Source: Candidatus Eiseniibacteriota bacterium
GTDB lineage: Bacteria > Eisenbacteria > RBG-16-71-46 > CAIMUX01 > VGJL01
Length of the DNA stretch: 64,000 bases
Assembly (NCBI GenBank): GCA_041946735.1
Contig: JBHGAY010000003.1
Location: 32,001-96,000 of the forward strand
Reading direction: 5' to 3'
In this document: positions 50,362 through 58,951 of the stretch, one piece after another
How the letters are laid out: each line of letters starts with the position of its first letter
Position numbering within the stretch: the stretch's first letter is position 1
Made by a program: the position numbers and the translations under genes
The notes under the pieces: generated by a model
Databases searched by the model: none
Told to the model about the DNA's origin: nothing
The model's input: the letters and a program-made list of their open reading frames with translations, nothing else

Positions 50362-51402
50362 TCAGTCCTCCGTTCGAGGAGCGTGGCAGTAGGTGCAGAA
50401 ACCCTCGGTCCCCGCGCTCTTCGTATGGCAGTCGTAGCAGTAGTAGGCGTCGTCGTCGTGCCAGGGGCCCTTGACGTCGTAGTCCTCGAAGTCGCTCGGG
50501 TGGATGCTCCGATCGTTGCCCCGCCCCGGCCGCGCGTCCCGGTGACAGTCGACGCAGACCGGGTCTGCCTGGTCGTGGCACGCGGCGCAGTAGGTGATGT
50601 CGCGCCTCGCCTCGAGCGCGTGGCGGTTCGCCCCGCCCGCGAACGAGACCCAGTTCTCGTCATGGTTCGTCGGCTTCACCCCCACCGACGCGTGGCAGTC
50701 GTTGCAGAACTGCTCGGCCTGGTGGCACGAGGTGCAGTCCGTCTCGTGCTTCCGCGCGTCCTGCGCGTGCGTGAACTCGTAGTTCCGCGGGTGGGACGGG
50801 AAGAGGACGTTCTCCCCCTGATGGCACTCGCTGCACTGCTCGCTCTCGCGATGGCACGACTCGCACTCCTCCGCCATCCCGCGAGCCTTGAACTGGTGGG
50901 TATGCCGGAAGTCGGGGCCGTGATCGAGCGGCCGCAGCCCGATCGTGTTCTCATGGCATGTCTCGCATTCCTGCGAGGCCTGCTTGCCATCGTGGCACTC
51001 GAAGCAGACCGGATGCCCGATCTGCCCTCGATCGGTCTTGCGAAGCGACGGATCGACCAGGGCGCCGTGGCAGCGAGCGCAGTCGACGCCCATGCCGAGA
51101 TGCTGCGAGTGCGAGAAGGCGGGAATCCGTGACGGCACCGCCTGGATCTTCGTCCAGCCCCAAAGCTCGAGATCGGACGCCTCGTGGCACCCCTGGCACG
51201 TCTCGGGAGTCGGAAGGAGGTTGTCCTTGCCCGTCTGGCTTTCGGTCGCGTTCGGATGGCATGTCGCGCAGTCCGCTCCGACCTCCTGATGCTTCTCATG
51301 CGAGAACCGAGTGCGTGCGGCGCCGCTGCCGGACAGGAGGACGGCGAGCGTGGCGACCGCGAGCACCGCAACCGCCCCACGAATCCAATCCTTGCCTCTC
51401 AT
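50362..51402 (-). CDS. Periplasmic 13-heme cytochrome c (c3/c7-like N-terminus), porin-associated
   Basis: Sec signal; FSH..H motifs; CATCH, CQGCH, CARCH, CFECH, CETCH, CESCH, CSECH, CTSCH, CNDCH, CAACH, CVDCH, CYDCH, CTYCH. Confidence 0.9.
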   Translation of the reverse strand: MRGKDWIRGAVAVLAVATLAVLLSGSGAARTRFSHEKHQEVGADCATCHPNATESQTGKDNLLPTPETCQGCHEASDLELWGWTKIQAVPSRIPAFSHSQHLGMGVDCARCHGALVDPSLRKTDRGQIGHPVCFECHDGKQASQECETCHENTIGLRPLDHGPDFRHTHQFKARGMAEECESCHRESEQCSECHQGENVLFPSHPRNYEFTHAQDARKHETDCTSCHQAEQFCNDCHASVGVKPTNHDENWVSFAGGANRHALEARRDITYCAACHDQADPVCVDCHRDARPGRGNDRSIHPSDFEDYDVKGPWHDDDAYYCYDCHTKSAGTEGFCTYCHAPRTED

Positions 51403-51417
51403 CCCCGGTTCTCCTTC

Positions 51418-52791
51418 CTACAGGCCCAGGCGGAAGCGCTGGTCGATGCGGGCGAGCAGGCGAATGTCCTGCTCGAGATCCCAGTTGGTCAGTCCCTCCA
51501 CCTGGAGAACGATGCGGGTGTCGCGGAGGGCTTGATAGGTCGCCGCGAAGATCGTGGTCGAGGCGTCGTTGTCCTCGTCCTCACGATCGCCGTAGTCGTA
51601 CGTCTCGTAGCCGAAGGAGCCGTCGAGCCGGAGCCTGTCTCCGATCTGCTGCGAGCCGGCGAGCACGAGGCCGGTGCGATCGCCGCCGAAACCGGACTCG
51701 AAGCGGGCGCCGATCTGATACGCGCCGCGCCCGAGGACCAGCCGGATCGACTTCGCGCGGTCCACGTCCGAGCCGCTCGACAGCCCGTCCCCCACGTGAG
51801 GCCGCCGGAAGTCGGTCCGCAGGAAATCCGCGCTGATGCGGTACGGCCCGAAGAGGTTGATGCCGCCGCCTCCGCGCAGCTCGCTGACCTCGCGCGTATC
51901 CCAGAAGGCGAAGAAGGAAGTTGCGGGAAGCTGCGGCGTCCGCCGGTTGTACTCGCCCCAGAGCCGCAGGCCGTTGTTCCGGTTCAGGTACTCGACTCCG
52001 GCCGCCTGGCCGTACGTCTCATCGAGGAGGAAGTCGTGCCGGAACTCGGTCCAGATCCGCAGCTGCCTCTGCACCCATAGGGTGGCTTTGGCCCCGATGC
52101 GGCTGTTCTCGTCCTCGTCGTGCCGGCGCGTCAGGGCGTAGCTCACGCCGACCTCCGGCGAGAAGCTCGTCGCGAGGTTCGGTCGCAGCCTCAGCTCGCC
52201 GCCGATTCGCGCCGACTCGTCCGGCTCGTCGAAGCGCCACTGCTCGCGAGCGTCGGCGCCCAGAGTCCCGCCGAAGATGGCGAGGGTGCCCCAGCCCGGC
52301 CGCTCGATCCGCGCGTAGGCGCCGTCGACCGTGCCGGTGCCGATCCCTGCCGGCACCCAGACGCGGCCGAGACGCAGGTCGTAGCGGAGCGTGGACTCTC
52401 CGGAGGCCGGGATCGTCCGGTACTGCAGGAAACCGTGATAGAGGCGGGTGCGCGTGTCCCCGATGCTCTGGTTGGTGACGTCGTTGCGCGCGGTCAAGAA
52501 GCCGTGGAAGGTCAGCTCCGGCGCTCCAAGCTCCAAGACGTCGAAGCGGAGCCTCTCGAAGACGCGGGTCCGGTTCTCCAGATCGGTGCCGAACGGCTCG
52601 CTCGACGCCTCCTGGACGTAGGCGGCGGTCGAGCTCGTTCCGCGGATCGTAACCGCGCCGCACGGCGCGGCGCTCGCCGCCAGCCCGATGCTTGCCGCCA
52701 GCGCGGCGCAAAGCGCCGGCGCCGCCCAGGCGAAGCGACCGGCCGACCCGATTCGCGGCAGAGCCCGGCGGGCGCTCTTCCTCGTGCTCAT
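51418..52791 (-). CDS. Putative outer-membrane beta-barrel (cytochrome conduit porin)
   Basis: Signal peptide, no hydrophobic TM helices in the mature part, many alternating strands (LRLGR, DGAYARI, IGGELRL, LDGSFGY, LLARIDQRF); sits between cytochrome genes. Confidence 0.75.
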   Translation of the reverse strand: MSTRKSARRALPRIGSAGRFAWAAPALCAALAASIGLAASAAPCGAVTIRGTSSTAAYVQEASSEPFGTDLENRTRVFERLRFDVLELGAPELTFHGFLTARNDVTNQSIGDTRTRLYHGFLQYRTIPASGESTLRYDLRLGRVWVPAGIGTGTVDGAYARIERPGWGTLAIFGGTLGADAREQWRFDEPDESARIGGELRLRPNLATSFSPEVGVSYALTRRHDEDENSRIGAKATLWVQRQLRIWTEFRHDFLLDETYGQAAGVEYLNRNNGLRLWGEYNRRTPQLPATSFFAFWDTREVSELRGGGGINLFGPYRISADFLRTDFRRPHVGDGLSSGSDVDRAKSIRLVLGRGAYQIGARFESGFGGDRTGLVLAGSQQIGDRLRLDGSFGYETYDYGDREDEDNDASTTIFAATYQALRDTRIVLQVEGLTNWDLEQDIRLLARIDQRFRLGL

Positions 52792-53414
52792 CGGTCCCCT
52801 CCCTCGCTCAGGCCGCCGCCGCCCGGCGCGACGTGGATCCGCCTCGCCTTGCCGGCCAGCTCCCCGAGGCTTCGCTCGCTCGCGTTGCCGCCGTTGCCCT
52901 CGGCGTCCTTGTGACATCCGTAGCAGGTGTAATCGAGCGTGATGCCGTAGCCGTCCTTTGCCGCCCGCTGTCCATCGGTCGATTCGAACATCGTTTCCCG
53001 CCCCACCGGTTCGACGTGGATCTTCAGGATGTGCGTGCGCCGGTCCGCGCGGTACGGCTGAACGATCGTCGAGACATATGTGGCGGCGGGCATATGGCAG
53101 GCGACGCAGATCTTGATCGGGTGATCGACGGCGGCCGCCTGCTCGCTATGGCACGTCTCACAGGAGAACCGCTGCTGGGTGCCGTTCGGGTCGAGATGGC
53201 AGTCGAGGCAGCGCTGCACCGGATGATGGCCGACCGCCAGCTCGTCGGCGATCGGTCCGGGCGCGAGGAAGAGGTAGGGCGCGTCCTCCGAGGCAAGAGG
53301 ACGGTGGACGATCTGCACGGGACGGAAGTCGTCGCGGTCCTCCGCGCACGACGGCGCGAGGAGCAGGACCGCCGCGAGCAAGAGCAGGACAGGCGACAGG
53401 GATCTCCAGCGCAT
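52788..53414 (-). CDS. Tetraheme cytochrome c lipoprotein
   Basis: Lipobox-like LLAPSC; CLDCH, CETCH, CVACHMP, CYGCH; its stop overlaps the porin ATG (ATGA). Confidence 0.82.
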   Translation of the reverse strand: MRWRSLSPVLLLLAAVLLLAPSCAEDRDDFRPVQIVHRPLASEDAPYLFLAPGPIADELAVGHHPVQRCLDCHLDPNGTQQRFSCETCHSEQAAAVDHPIKICVACHMPAATYVSTIVQPYRADRRTHILKIHVEPVGRETMFESTDGQRAAKDGYGITLDYTCYGCHKDAEGNGGNASERSLGELAGKARRIHVAPGGGGLSEGGDR

Positions 53415-53548
53415 GTCGAAACCCCTTTCGATGAATCGATCTCGATCCGGCATCGGCGAGCGATTGTGTGTCGCCCGGCCGCTCCGGCACAAGCAGGCAA
53501 TCGGTCCCGATGCCTGGGACCTTCCGGTTTCTCGAGACTTTCCGGCTG

Positions 53549-54142
53549 CTAGCGTTTTTTCGGGGAAGGACGAGCGTGGGCGATCTTCTTCACCATCGCG
53601 GAATAGTCGAACGACGGAGAGGCGCCCGCCTCCCGCCAGCATTCCCGCGGGAGCGGCTCCGGCGTGTGGCATGCGGCGCAAACCGCCTCGGTCGGCTCCA
53701 GCATCCCCAGGCCTAGAGCCGCCTTCCTGTCCTTTCCGTGGACGAACTTGTACTCGCTGCCGGGACCGTGGCACGCCTCGCACTGCACGTTGCGCAGGAT
53801 CTCCGCCGTCTTGCCCGCCACGACCGGGCGTCCGAAGCCGGTCGTGTGGCACGCAAGGCAGCGCTCGTCCTTCTGGCTTGCCGGCGGGAGGGAGAGGAAA
53901 GCGCGCCCGTGCGGCGAGGACGTCCAGGTCTCGAACACGCTGCCCCGCGCCTTGCCGGCATGGCAGCTCTTGCACCCCTCCGCTCCGATGTAGCGCGGGC
54001 TGGGGTCGGGGTTGGGGTTGGGGCTGGGGTTGGCCGCCCGAGTCTGGGCGTCCGAGCTGGCGAAAGAAAGAGCCAGCGCGGCGATCACGATCGCCGCCGC
54101 GATCGCAGCGGGAAGGACGAGGGCCGAAAGCCTCGACGTCAC
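53549..54142 (-). CDS. Exported tetraheme cytochrome c554-like protein
   Basis: Signal/TM, PNPNPDP linker, YIGAEGCKSCH..W..SPH.RA, CLACHTTG, VQCEACHGPGS, CAACH; GTG 54142 with GGAGG. Confidence 0.85.
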   Translation of the reverse strand: MTSRLSALVLPAAIAAAIVIAALALSFASSDAQTRAANPSPNPNPDPSPRYIGAEGCKSCHAGKARGSVFETWTSSPHGRAFLSLPPASQKDERCLACHTTGFGRPVVAGKTAEILRNVQCEACHGPGSEYKFVHGKDRKAALGLGMLEPTEAVCAACHTPEPLPRECWREAGASPSFDYSAMVKKIAHARPSPKKR

Positions 54143-54233
54143 GTCCACCCTCCTTGCAGCGGAAGCCGTCGCCGCCTGCCTCCGTCTCGGGATCGATCGC
54201 GAGGGCGAGCGGAACCGGCCGCTGGGCAGAGAG

Positions 54234-54262
54234 AAGATCCGCCCCGGCCGGGCGGCAGTCAA
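54234..54262 (-). promoter_or_regulatory. Possible internal sigma70 promoter in the cytochrome cluster
   Basis: Minus-strand TTGACT-N17-GATCTT just downstream of the hairpin. Confidence 0.4.
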
Positions 54263-54273
54263 GACCGCCCGCA

Positions 54274-54307
54274 GAAAGGGGGGGAACGGAGGACCCGTTC
54301 CCCCCCC
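54274..54307 (-). terminator. Intrinsic terminator-like hairpin after the first cytochrome gene
   Basis: Minus-strand GGGGGGGAACGG-GTCCT-CCGTTCCCCCCC followed by TTTC. Confidence 0.65.
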
Positions 54308-54335
54308 GATCGCCGAAGACGCCCCCCACGGCTCC

Positions 54336-55994
54336 CTACTGGACCAGGATCTCAGCCTTGTCGAGGGCGAGCCCGTTCAGCGCGAGGATGCTTTGCTGCA
54401 GGAGCTGGATCGCGTAGGTGGCGTTGTGCACCCCCTTCGACTTGTCCTGCGCGACGAACATCATGTTGTAGGCGCTCGCGCGCATCTGGACCGTCGTGAG
54501 GTCCGGATTGCCCACCGCCTCCTCCATCCCGAGAGCGCCGCCCTCGTCGTAGGCGGCCTGCAGCTCGGCGCGTGCCTCCTCGGACGGCGCGTGCTCGATG
54601 ATCGTCTCCGCGAGCGTGTCGATCAGACCGGCTACCTCGTCCTGCACTCCCTCCACGGTCCCGTCGCCGTCGTAGTCCGCCTTCGCCTCGATGTCCTCGA
54701 AGGAATCGATCGAGCCGTGGCACGGCTGGCAAGCCTCGACGATCGGGCGGAACCCATGTCCCGTGTACCCCGGATTGCCCGGGGACCAGGGGATGTGGTG
54801 GTTGTGGCAGTTCACGCAGCCATCCTGGATGTTGATGTGGTGGCTCGTCGCGAAATCGAAGGAAGGACTGACGTTCTCGTACGCGCCGACGCCCGCCAGC
54901 ATGTCGCCCTGCACGCTCGGATGCGGACCGAAGTGCGCCGTCCCGTTCTGCACCTGGTCCTCGGCATTCGAAGGACTCCTACGGCCGTTGTGGCAGGCGA
55001 TGCAAAGCCGGCCCGTCCCAGCGTCCGGATGCAGTCCATTGGGGAGAGCGACGTCGTTGACCGCGTCGCGCAGATAGGAGAGGTTGCCGCTACCGTGCGG
55101 ATCGTGGCAGACGACGCAGTCGAGAGCGAGCGTGTCGGCCGGAGCGGAGGTGTCGGTGTAGCCGGCCGGGTCGTTGAGATAGTCCTTGGCGGCGATGCCG
55201 TTGTGGCACTTCTTGCAGGCTCCCCGGGTGGCCGCCTCCTCGACGATCCCCGCATGAGGTGATCCTTGCCACTCGCTGTACGTCGGGTGGTGCTCCCCCT
55301 CGTGACAGGTTCCGCAGAGAGCGGAGTCGAGCGGCTTGGGAAGCTTCGGGTCTCCGCCGCCCGCGACGTGCACGCTGCCCGGGCCATGGCAGCACTCGCA
55401 CTGCACGTCCGCCAGGCGATCGATGCGTAGCTCGTCGTAACCGCCGTTGTTCACGGCCGGATTGAAGCCGACCGTATGGCAGCTGAGGCAGGCGTTGTTC
55501 TGGTCCTGGCCATCGGCAACGAGCGTTCCGAGCGCGTCGGCGTGTCCGCTGACCTCCCAGGAGTCGTGGATGCCCTCGTGGCAGGTGTTGCACGTCTTGT
55601 CCCCGACATAGGAGGGAGAGACCGCGGGGACGTAGGTAGAGACGACGACCGGCAGAGTGCTGACCGTCGCCTTGTCGCCGTCGTGCACGACCACCTGGAT
55701 CTCGTAGGTTCCTTCCACGTCAGGCGCGACCCAGACCACCGACGGGCTGTCGGATTGCTGGAAGGAGCCTGCGGGCGCGGACCACTGATAGGTGTAGTCG
55801 CCGGTGGGCGTCACGCTCGCCGTCAGCTGGACGAGCGATCCGTTCGTCGGGATCTCCGGGTCGGCGGTCATCTGGACCTCCAACTCGGTCCCGGGAACGT
55901 TGTTGTTGTTGTCGTTGTCGTCGTCACTACATCCCAGCGCGATCAGCGCCACAGCGACGGCGCCCAGGAGCAGGATGGATCGGACGCGTCCCAT
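54336..55994 (-). CDS. Nonaheme cytochrome c lipoprotein with N-terminal PKD/Ig-like domain (OmcB-like surface cytochrome)
   Basis: Lipobox IALGC, D/N-rich linker, YTYQWSA..VVWVAP..GTY; CNTCH, CLSCH, CECCH, CGTCH, CKKCH, CVVCH, CIACH, CVNCH, CQPCH; C-terminal helical DKSKGVHN. Confidence 0.88.
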   Translation of the reverse strand: MGRVRSILLLGAVAVALIALGCSDDDNDNNNNVPGTELEVQMTADPEIPTNGSLVQLTASVTPTGDYTYQWSAPAGSFQQSDSPSVVWVAPDVEGTYEIQVVVHDGDKATVSTLPVVVSTYVPAVSPSYVGDKTCNTCHEGIHDSWEVSGHADALGTLVADGQDQNNACLSCHTVGFNPAVNNGGYDELRIDRLADVQCECCHGPGSVHVAGGGDPKLPKPLDSALCGTCHEGEHHPTYSEWQGSPHAGIVEEAATRGACKKCHNGIAAKDYLNDPAGYTDTSAPADTLALDCVVCHDPHGSGNLSYLRDAVNDVALPNGLHPDAGTGRLCIACHNGRRSPSNAEDQVQNGTAHFGPHPSVQGDMLAGVGAYENVSPSFDFATSHHINIQDGCVNCHNHHIPWSPGNPGYTGHGFRPIVEACQPCHGSIDSFEDIEAKADYDGDGTVEGVQDEVAGLIDTLAETIIEHAPSEEARAELQAAYDEGGALGMEEAVGNPDLTTVQMRASAYNMMFVAQDKSKGVHNATYAIQLLQQSILALNGLALDKAEILVQ

Positions 55995-56390
55995 GCGGAC
56001 CTCCTCTTCCTCTTCCCAGAAAGGCCTTCCCCGGAACCCCGGATGTGCAGCGGCCGCCTGCCCCTTCCCCCGCTCGAATCGTCCTCTCCATGGAGGCGTG
56101 GATGCGGGCGGGCGTCGGGCGAGCCGTAAGAATCTCTATCGCTTTCCTCGTCCTGTGAGCAAGGAAAGTTTATGCAACCGAACCGCAGTTCTCGTTCATC
56201 CGTACGGTAGGACGGCTAATGGTGAAAAACTGCGTCGCATGTCGAACCGCGGGCGGCCGGTTCGAATGAATTCGCAATTCGTGACGTAAAGTGGGTTCGA
56301 GGCTGTCCGGGGGCCGGCAGCGAAGGGGCGGCCCGGGGCCACGGAGCGGCGGCGTGGCGCGCCGTCCTCGGACCGTGCGGGCAAGAGAGA

Positions 56391-56434
56391 ACGGGAGGGC
56401 GAGGGGGGCTGTGGCCCTTCCTCCGCCCTCCCGT
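56391..56434 (-). terminator. Stem-loop downstream of the BNR/FlgD gene
   Basis: ACGGGAGGGCG...CGCCCTCCCGT, followed on the minus strand by TCTCTCTT. Confidence 0.55.
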
Positions 56435-56466
56435 CACTGGAAGGCTGAAGTCAGAGGGTGAAGAAC

Positions 56467-58722
56467 CTAGTGGAGCAGGACGAGCTTCACGGACGCGCCG
56501 GGTCCGCCATGCGTGCTGAGGCGGGCGAAGTAGACCCCGCTCTCGACCGCCCGGCCCGAGTCGTCCTTGCCGGCCCACTCGCGCTCCACGCTGGCGCCCG
56601 CAGAGAACGTACCTGCCGCCAGAGTTGCGATCCGGCGTCCCGCGAGATCGTGGATCGTCAACACCGCATTGCCGTCGGAGGGCAGCTGGAACGCAACGAG
56701 CGGACGGTCCCCGACCGGGCGGATCGCCCGCAGGAGCCCCGGAGCGGAGGGGACGGCCCCAGGCTGCGATTCGCCGTCACCGATCGAAGCCGGGTCGTGC
56801 CGCGTCGCCTCGATGATGCTGCTGCCTCCGGCCCCGACGAAGAATCCGTTCGGCCGCGCCTCCACCGTCTCGGCCCAGCTCGACAAGGGAAGGTCGAGAG
56901 GCTCCCATGTCTGCCCGCCGTCGCCGGTCACATAGACGTAGCCGAGCGCGAAGCTCCGCATCGCAACGCCGTGGAGCGCGTCGGAGAAGCCGATGCGGCG
57001 AACCGGCCCCTGGAGGACGGGGGCCCAGGTCGTCCCGCCGTTGGTCGTGCGATAGATGCCTGCGCCGTCGGACTCTGACCCGACGACCGCCGTTTGCGCA
57101 TCGAACCAGACCATCGTCCGCACGAACGACGGGAGGCCGGCGGTCGGCATTGCCGTCCATGTCGTCCCGCCGTTCGTCGTGCGGTAGAGATAGGGGGCGA
57201 ACTGCGAGCCGCCGCCCGCGTACCCGTTCTGTTCGTCGAGGAACGCGATCGTCCAGATGTAGCTCGCTGGAAGGCCGGTCATGCACTGCGCCCAGGTCGT
57301 CCCTCCGTCGGTCGAGCGGAAGATCAGGCCGGTCGTCGACTGTCCGTAAGTCGTGCAGTACGCGCGCGAGGCGCTGGGGGCCACGATCTGGAGCGGCGAC
57401 ACCCCGTTGGGCGCGCTGTTCGGGAGCGAGCGGGCCGACCAGCTATCGCCGCCGTCGGTCGTCCGCCAGATCGAGCTGGGAGGTTGGGTGCCTCCGTTGC
57501 CTCCCGCGTAGCCGAGCGCGTCGTCGACGAACTCGATGTCGTTCAAGAACATAATCGGCGGCGTGTTCGACGCTTCCGACCAGGTCCGTCCTTCGTCCTC
57601 CGATCGATGCCAGCGGTAGTAGGGATTGCCGGGAGGGGTGGAGCCGGCGAAGACGCGTCCTCCCGGTGTGAAGCCGAAGGCGGAGATCACGACGCGCGGA
57701 CCGTCGCCCGCGTAGTAGGTGGCGTTCTGCCAGCTCTGGCCGTTGTCAGTGGACCGGTGCAGATCGCCAAACGTGCTGCAGACGATCAGGTCTCCGTTCG
57801 AGAGCCTCTCGAAGTCGGGGTAGCCGTTCGTGTCGGGCTCGTCCAGGAGCATCTGCCAGTGCGCTCCGCCGTCGGTCGACTCGAAGAACTTCGCCCCTTC
57901 GAGGTCGATCGCCAGGTAGAGGTGCTGCGCAGTGACCGGAAGGAGCTGGCACTGGTAAACGAGCAAGAGCGGAACGGAGCTTTGGGTCCAGCTCGCGCCG
58001 CCGTTCGTCGTCGCGTAGGTCTGGAAGTCCGCGAGGATCCAGCCATGGAGCTGGTCGGCCGCGAACACCACCTCGCCATAGAAGTCCCCCTCAGGAACGC
58101 CCGGGATCGTCTGCCAGGTTGTTCCGCCGTTCGTCGTTTCGCGGGCGACGAGGTCCCCGACGACGTATCCGTGGGTGTCCGTGAGCCAGAACTGCTCCTC
58201 GATCGTCGCGTCGCTCGGCGGATTGCGGAGGCTCCAGGTGGCGCCGTCGTCGGTCGATCGAACGATCTCGCCATGCTCTCCGGCGGCCGACAGGATCGAG
58301 CCGCCGACTCGCTTGAGGTCCTTCAGTGTGCGGGTGGAGGGATTGACGACCGGAGTCCAGCTCGCGCCGCCATCGGTCGAGCGAAAGATACCCGGACTCG
58401 AGCCGATCGCGAGCAACTGGCCCGGGCCGAGGACCATCACGTCGAACAGGTCGGCGTCGAGGTCGTCGCAATCGGCCCGGAGCTGCCAGGACGCCCCGCC
58501 ATCGGTCGTCGCGACGACCGAGCCGCCCAGCCCGACAGCGTAGCCGGTCTGGGCGTCCTCGAACGTGACCGCTTTCAGCTCTTCCCCCTGGGGTGTCGGC
58601 AATCTCCAGTCGAAGCTGTAGTCGGTGACGGCGAACGCCGCGGGGGGGAGGAGCGCAAGCGCCCCGAGCAGGAGCGACGGGAATCGCAGACTCTCTTTCA
58701 TCCTCATCCTTTCGTTCGACAT
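56467..58722 (-). CDS. Secreted YCF48/BNR-repeat beta-propeller protein with C-terminal FlgD-Ig-like domain
   Basis: Signal peptide; many TTDGG.SW/TTNGGTTW boxes; C-terminal LTIHDLAGRRIATL...W.GKDDSGRAVESGVYFARL. Confidence 0.85.
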   Translation of the reverse strand: MSNERMRMKESLRFPSLLLGALALLPPAAFAVTDYSFDWRLPTPQGEELKAVTFEDAQTGYAVGLGGSVVATTDGGASWQLRADCDDLDADLFDVMVLGPGQLLAIGSSPGIFRSTDGGASWTPVVNPSTRTLKDLKRVGGSILSAAGEHGEIVRSTDDGATWSLRNPPSDATIEEQFWLTDTHGYVVGDLVARETTNGGTTWQTIPGVPEGDFYGEVVFAADQLHGWILADFQTYATTNGGASWTQSSVPLLLVYQCQLLPVTAQHLYLAIDLEGAKFFESTDGGAHWQMLLDEPDTNGYPDFERLSNGDLIVCSTFGDLHRSTDNGQSWQNATYYAGDGPRVVISAFGFTPGGRVFAGSTPPGNPYYRWHRSEDEGRTWSEASNTPPIMFLNDIEFVDDALGYAGGNGGTQPPSSIWRTTDGGDSWSARSLPNSAPNGVSPLQIVAPSASRAYCTTYGQSTTGLIFRSTDGGTTWAQCMTGLPASYIWTIAFLDEQNGYAGGGSQFAPYLYRTTNGGTTWTAMPTAGLPSFVRTMVWFDAQTAVVGSESDGAGIYRTTNGGTTWAPVLQGPVRRIGFSDALHGVAMRSFALGYVYVTGDGGQTWEPLDLPLSSWAETVEARPNGFFVGAGGSSIIEATRHDPASIGDGESQPGAVPSAPGLLRAIRPVGDRPLVAFQLPSDGNAVLTIHDLAGRRIATLAAGTFSAGASVEREWAGKDDSGRAVESGVYFARLSTHGGPGASVKLVLLH

Positions 58723-58951
58723 TCGGTCGAGCCGAATCCTGGATCGCGCCCGTGCGGAGGCCGTCGGGCTGCGTTCGTCCTCAATCCTCAGATCTCAGAG
58801 AAATGTTCGGGAGAGCGCGGACGGTACGGTTGCGCGGCGTCTCCGAAGGAACGCGGGAGAGTAGACGATACCGATCCGTTGCCAATACGGAACCTTTGCA
58901 CGGTAGAGGAGCGACGCCGGCAGGGATGCCGGCTCAGAGGCCAGGGTCCGG

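Noticed and set aside
54336..55994. NrfA/HAO-type catalytic nitrite reductase or hydroxylamine oxidoreductase
   Set aside because: The C-terminal GVHN helical region is reminiscent, but there is no CxxCK active-site motif, and the lipobox, Ig stalk and porin context favour electron transfer.
55995..56390. Riboswitch or Fur/Fnr/Rex operator upstream of the cytochrome cluster
   Set aside because: The region is AT-richer and probably regulatory, but I could not match a convincing consensus site or RNA motif by eye.
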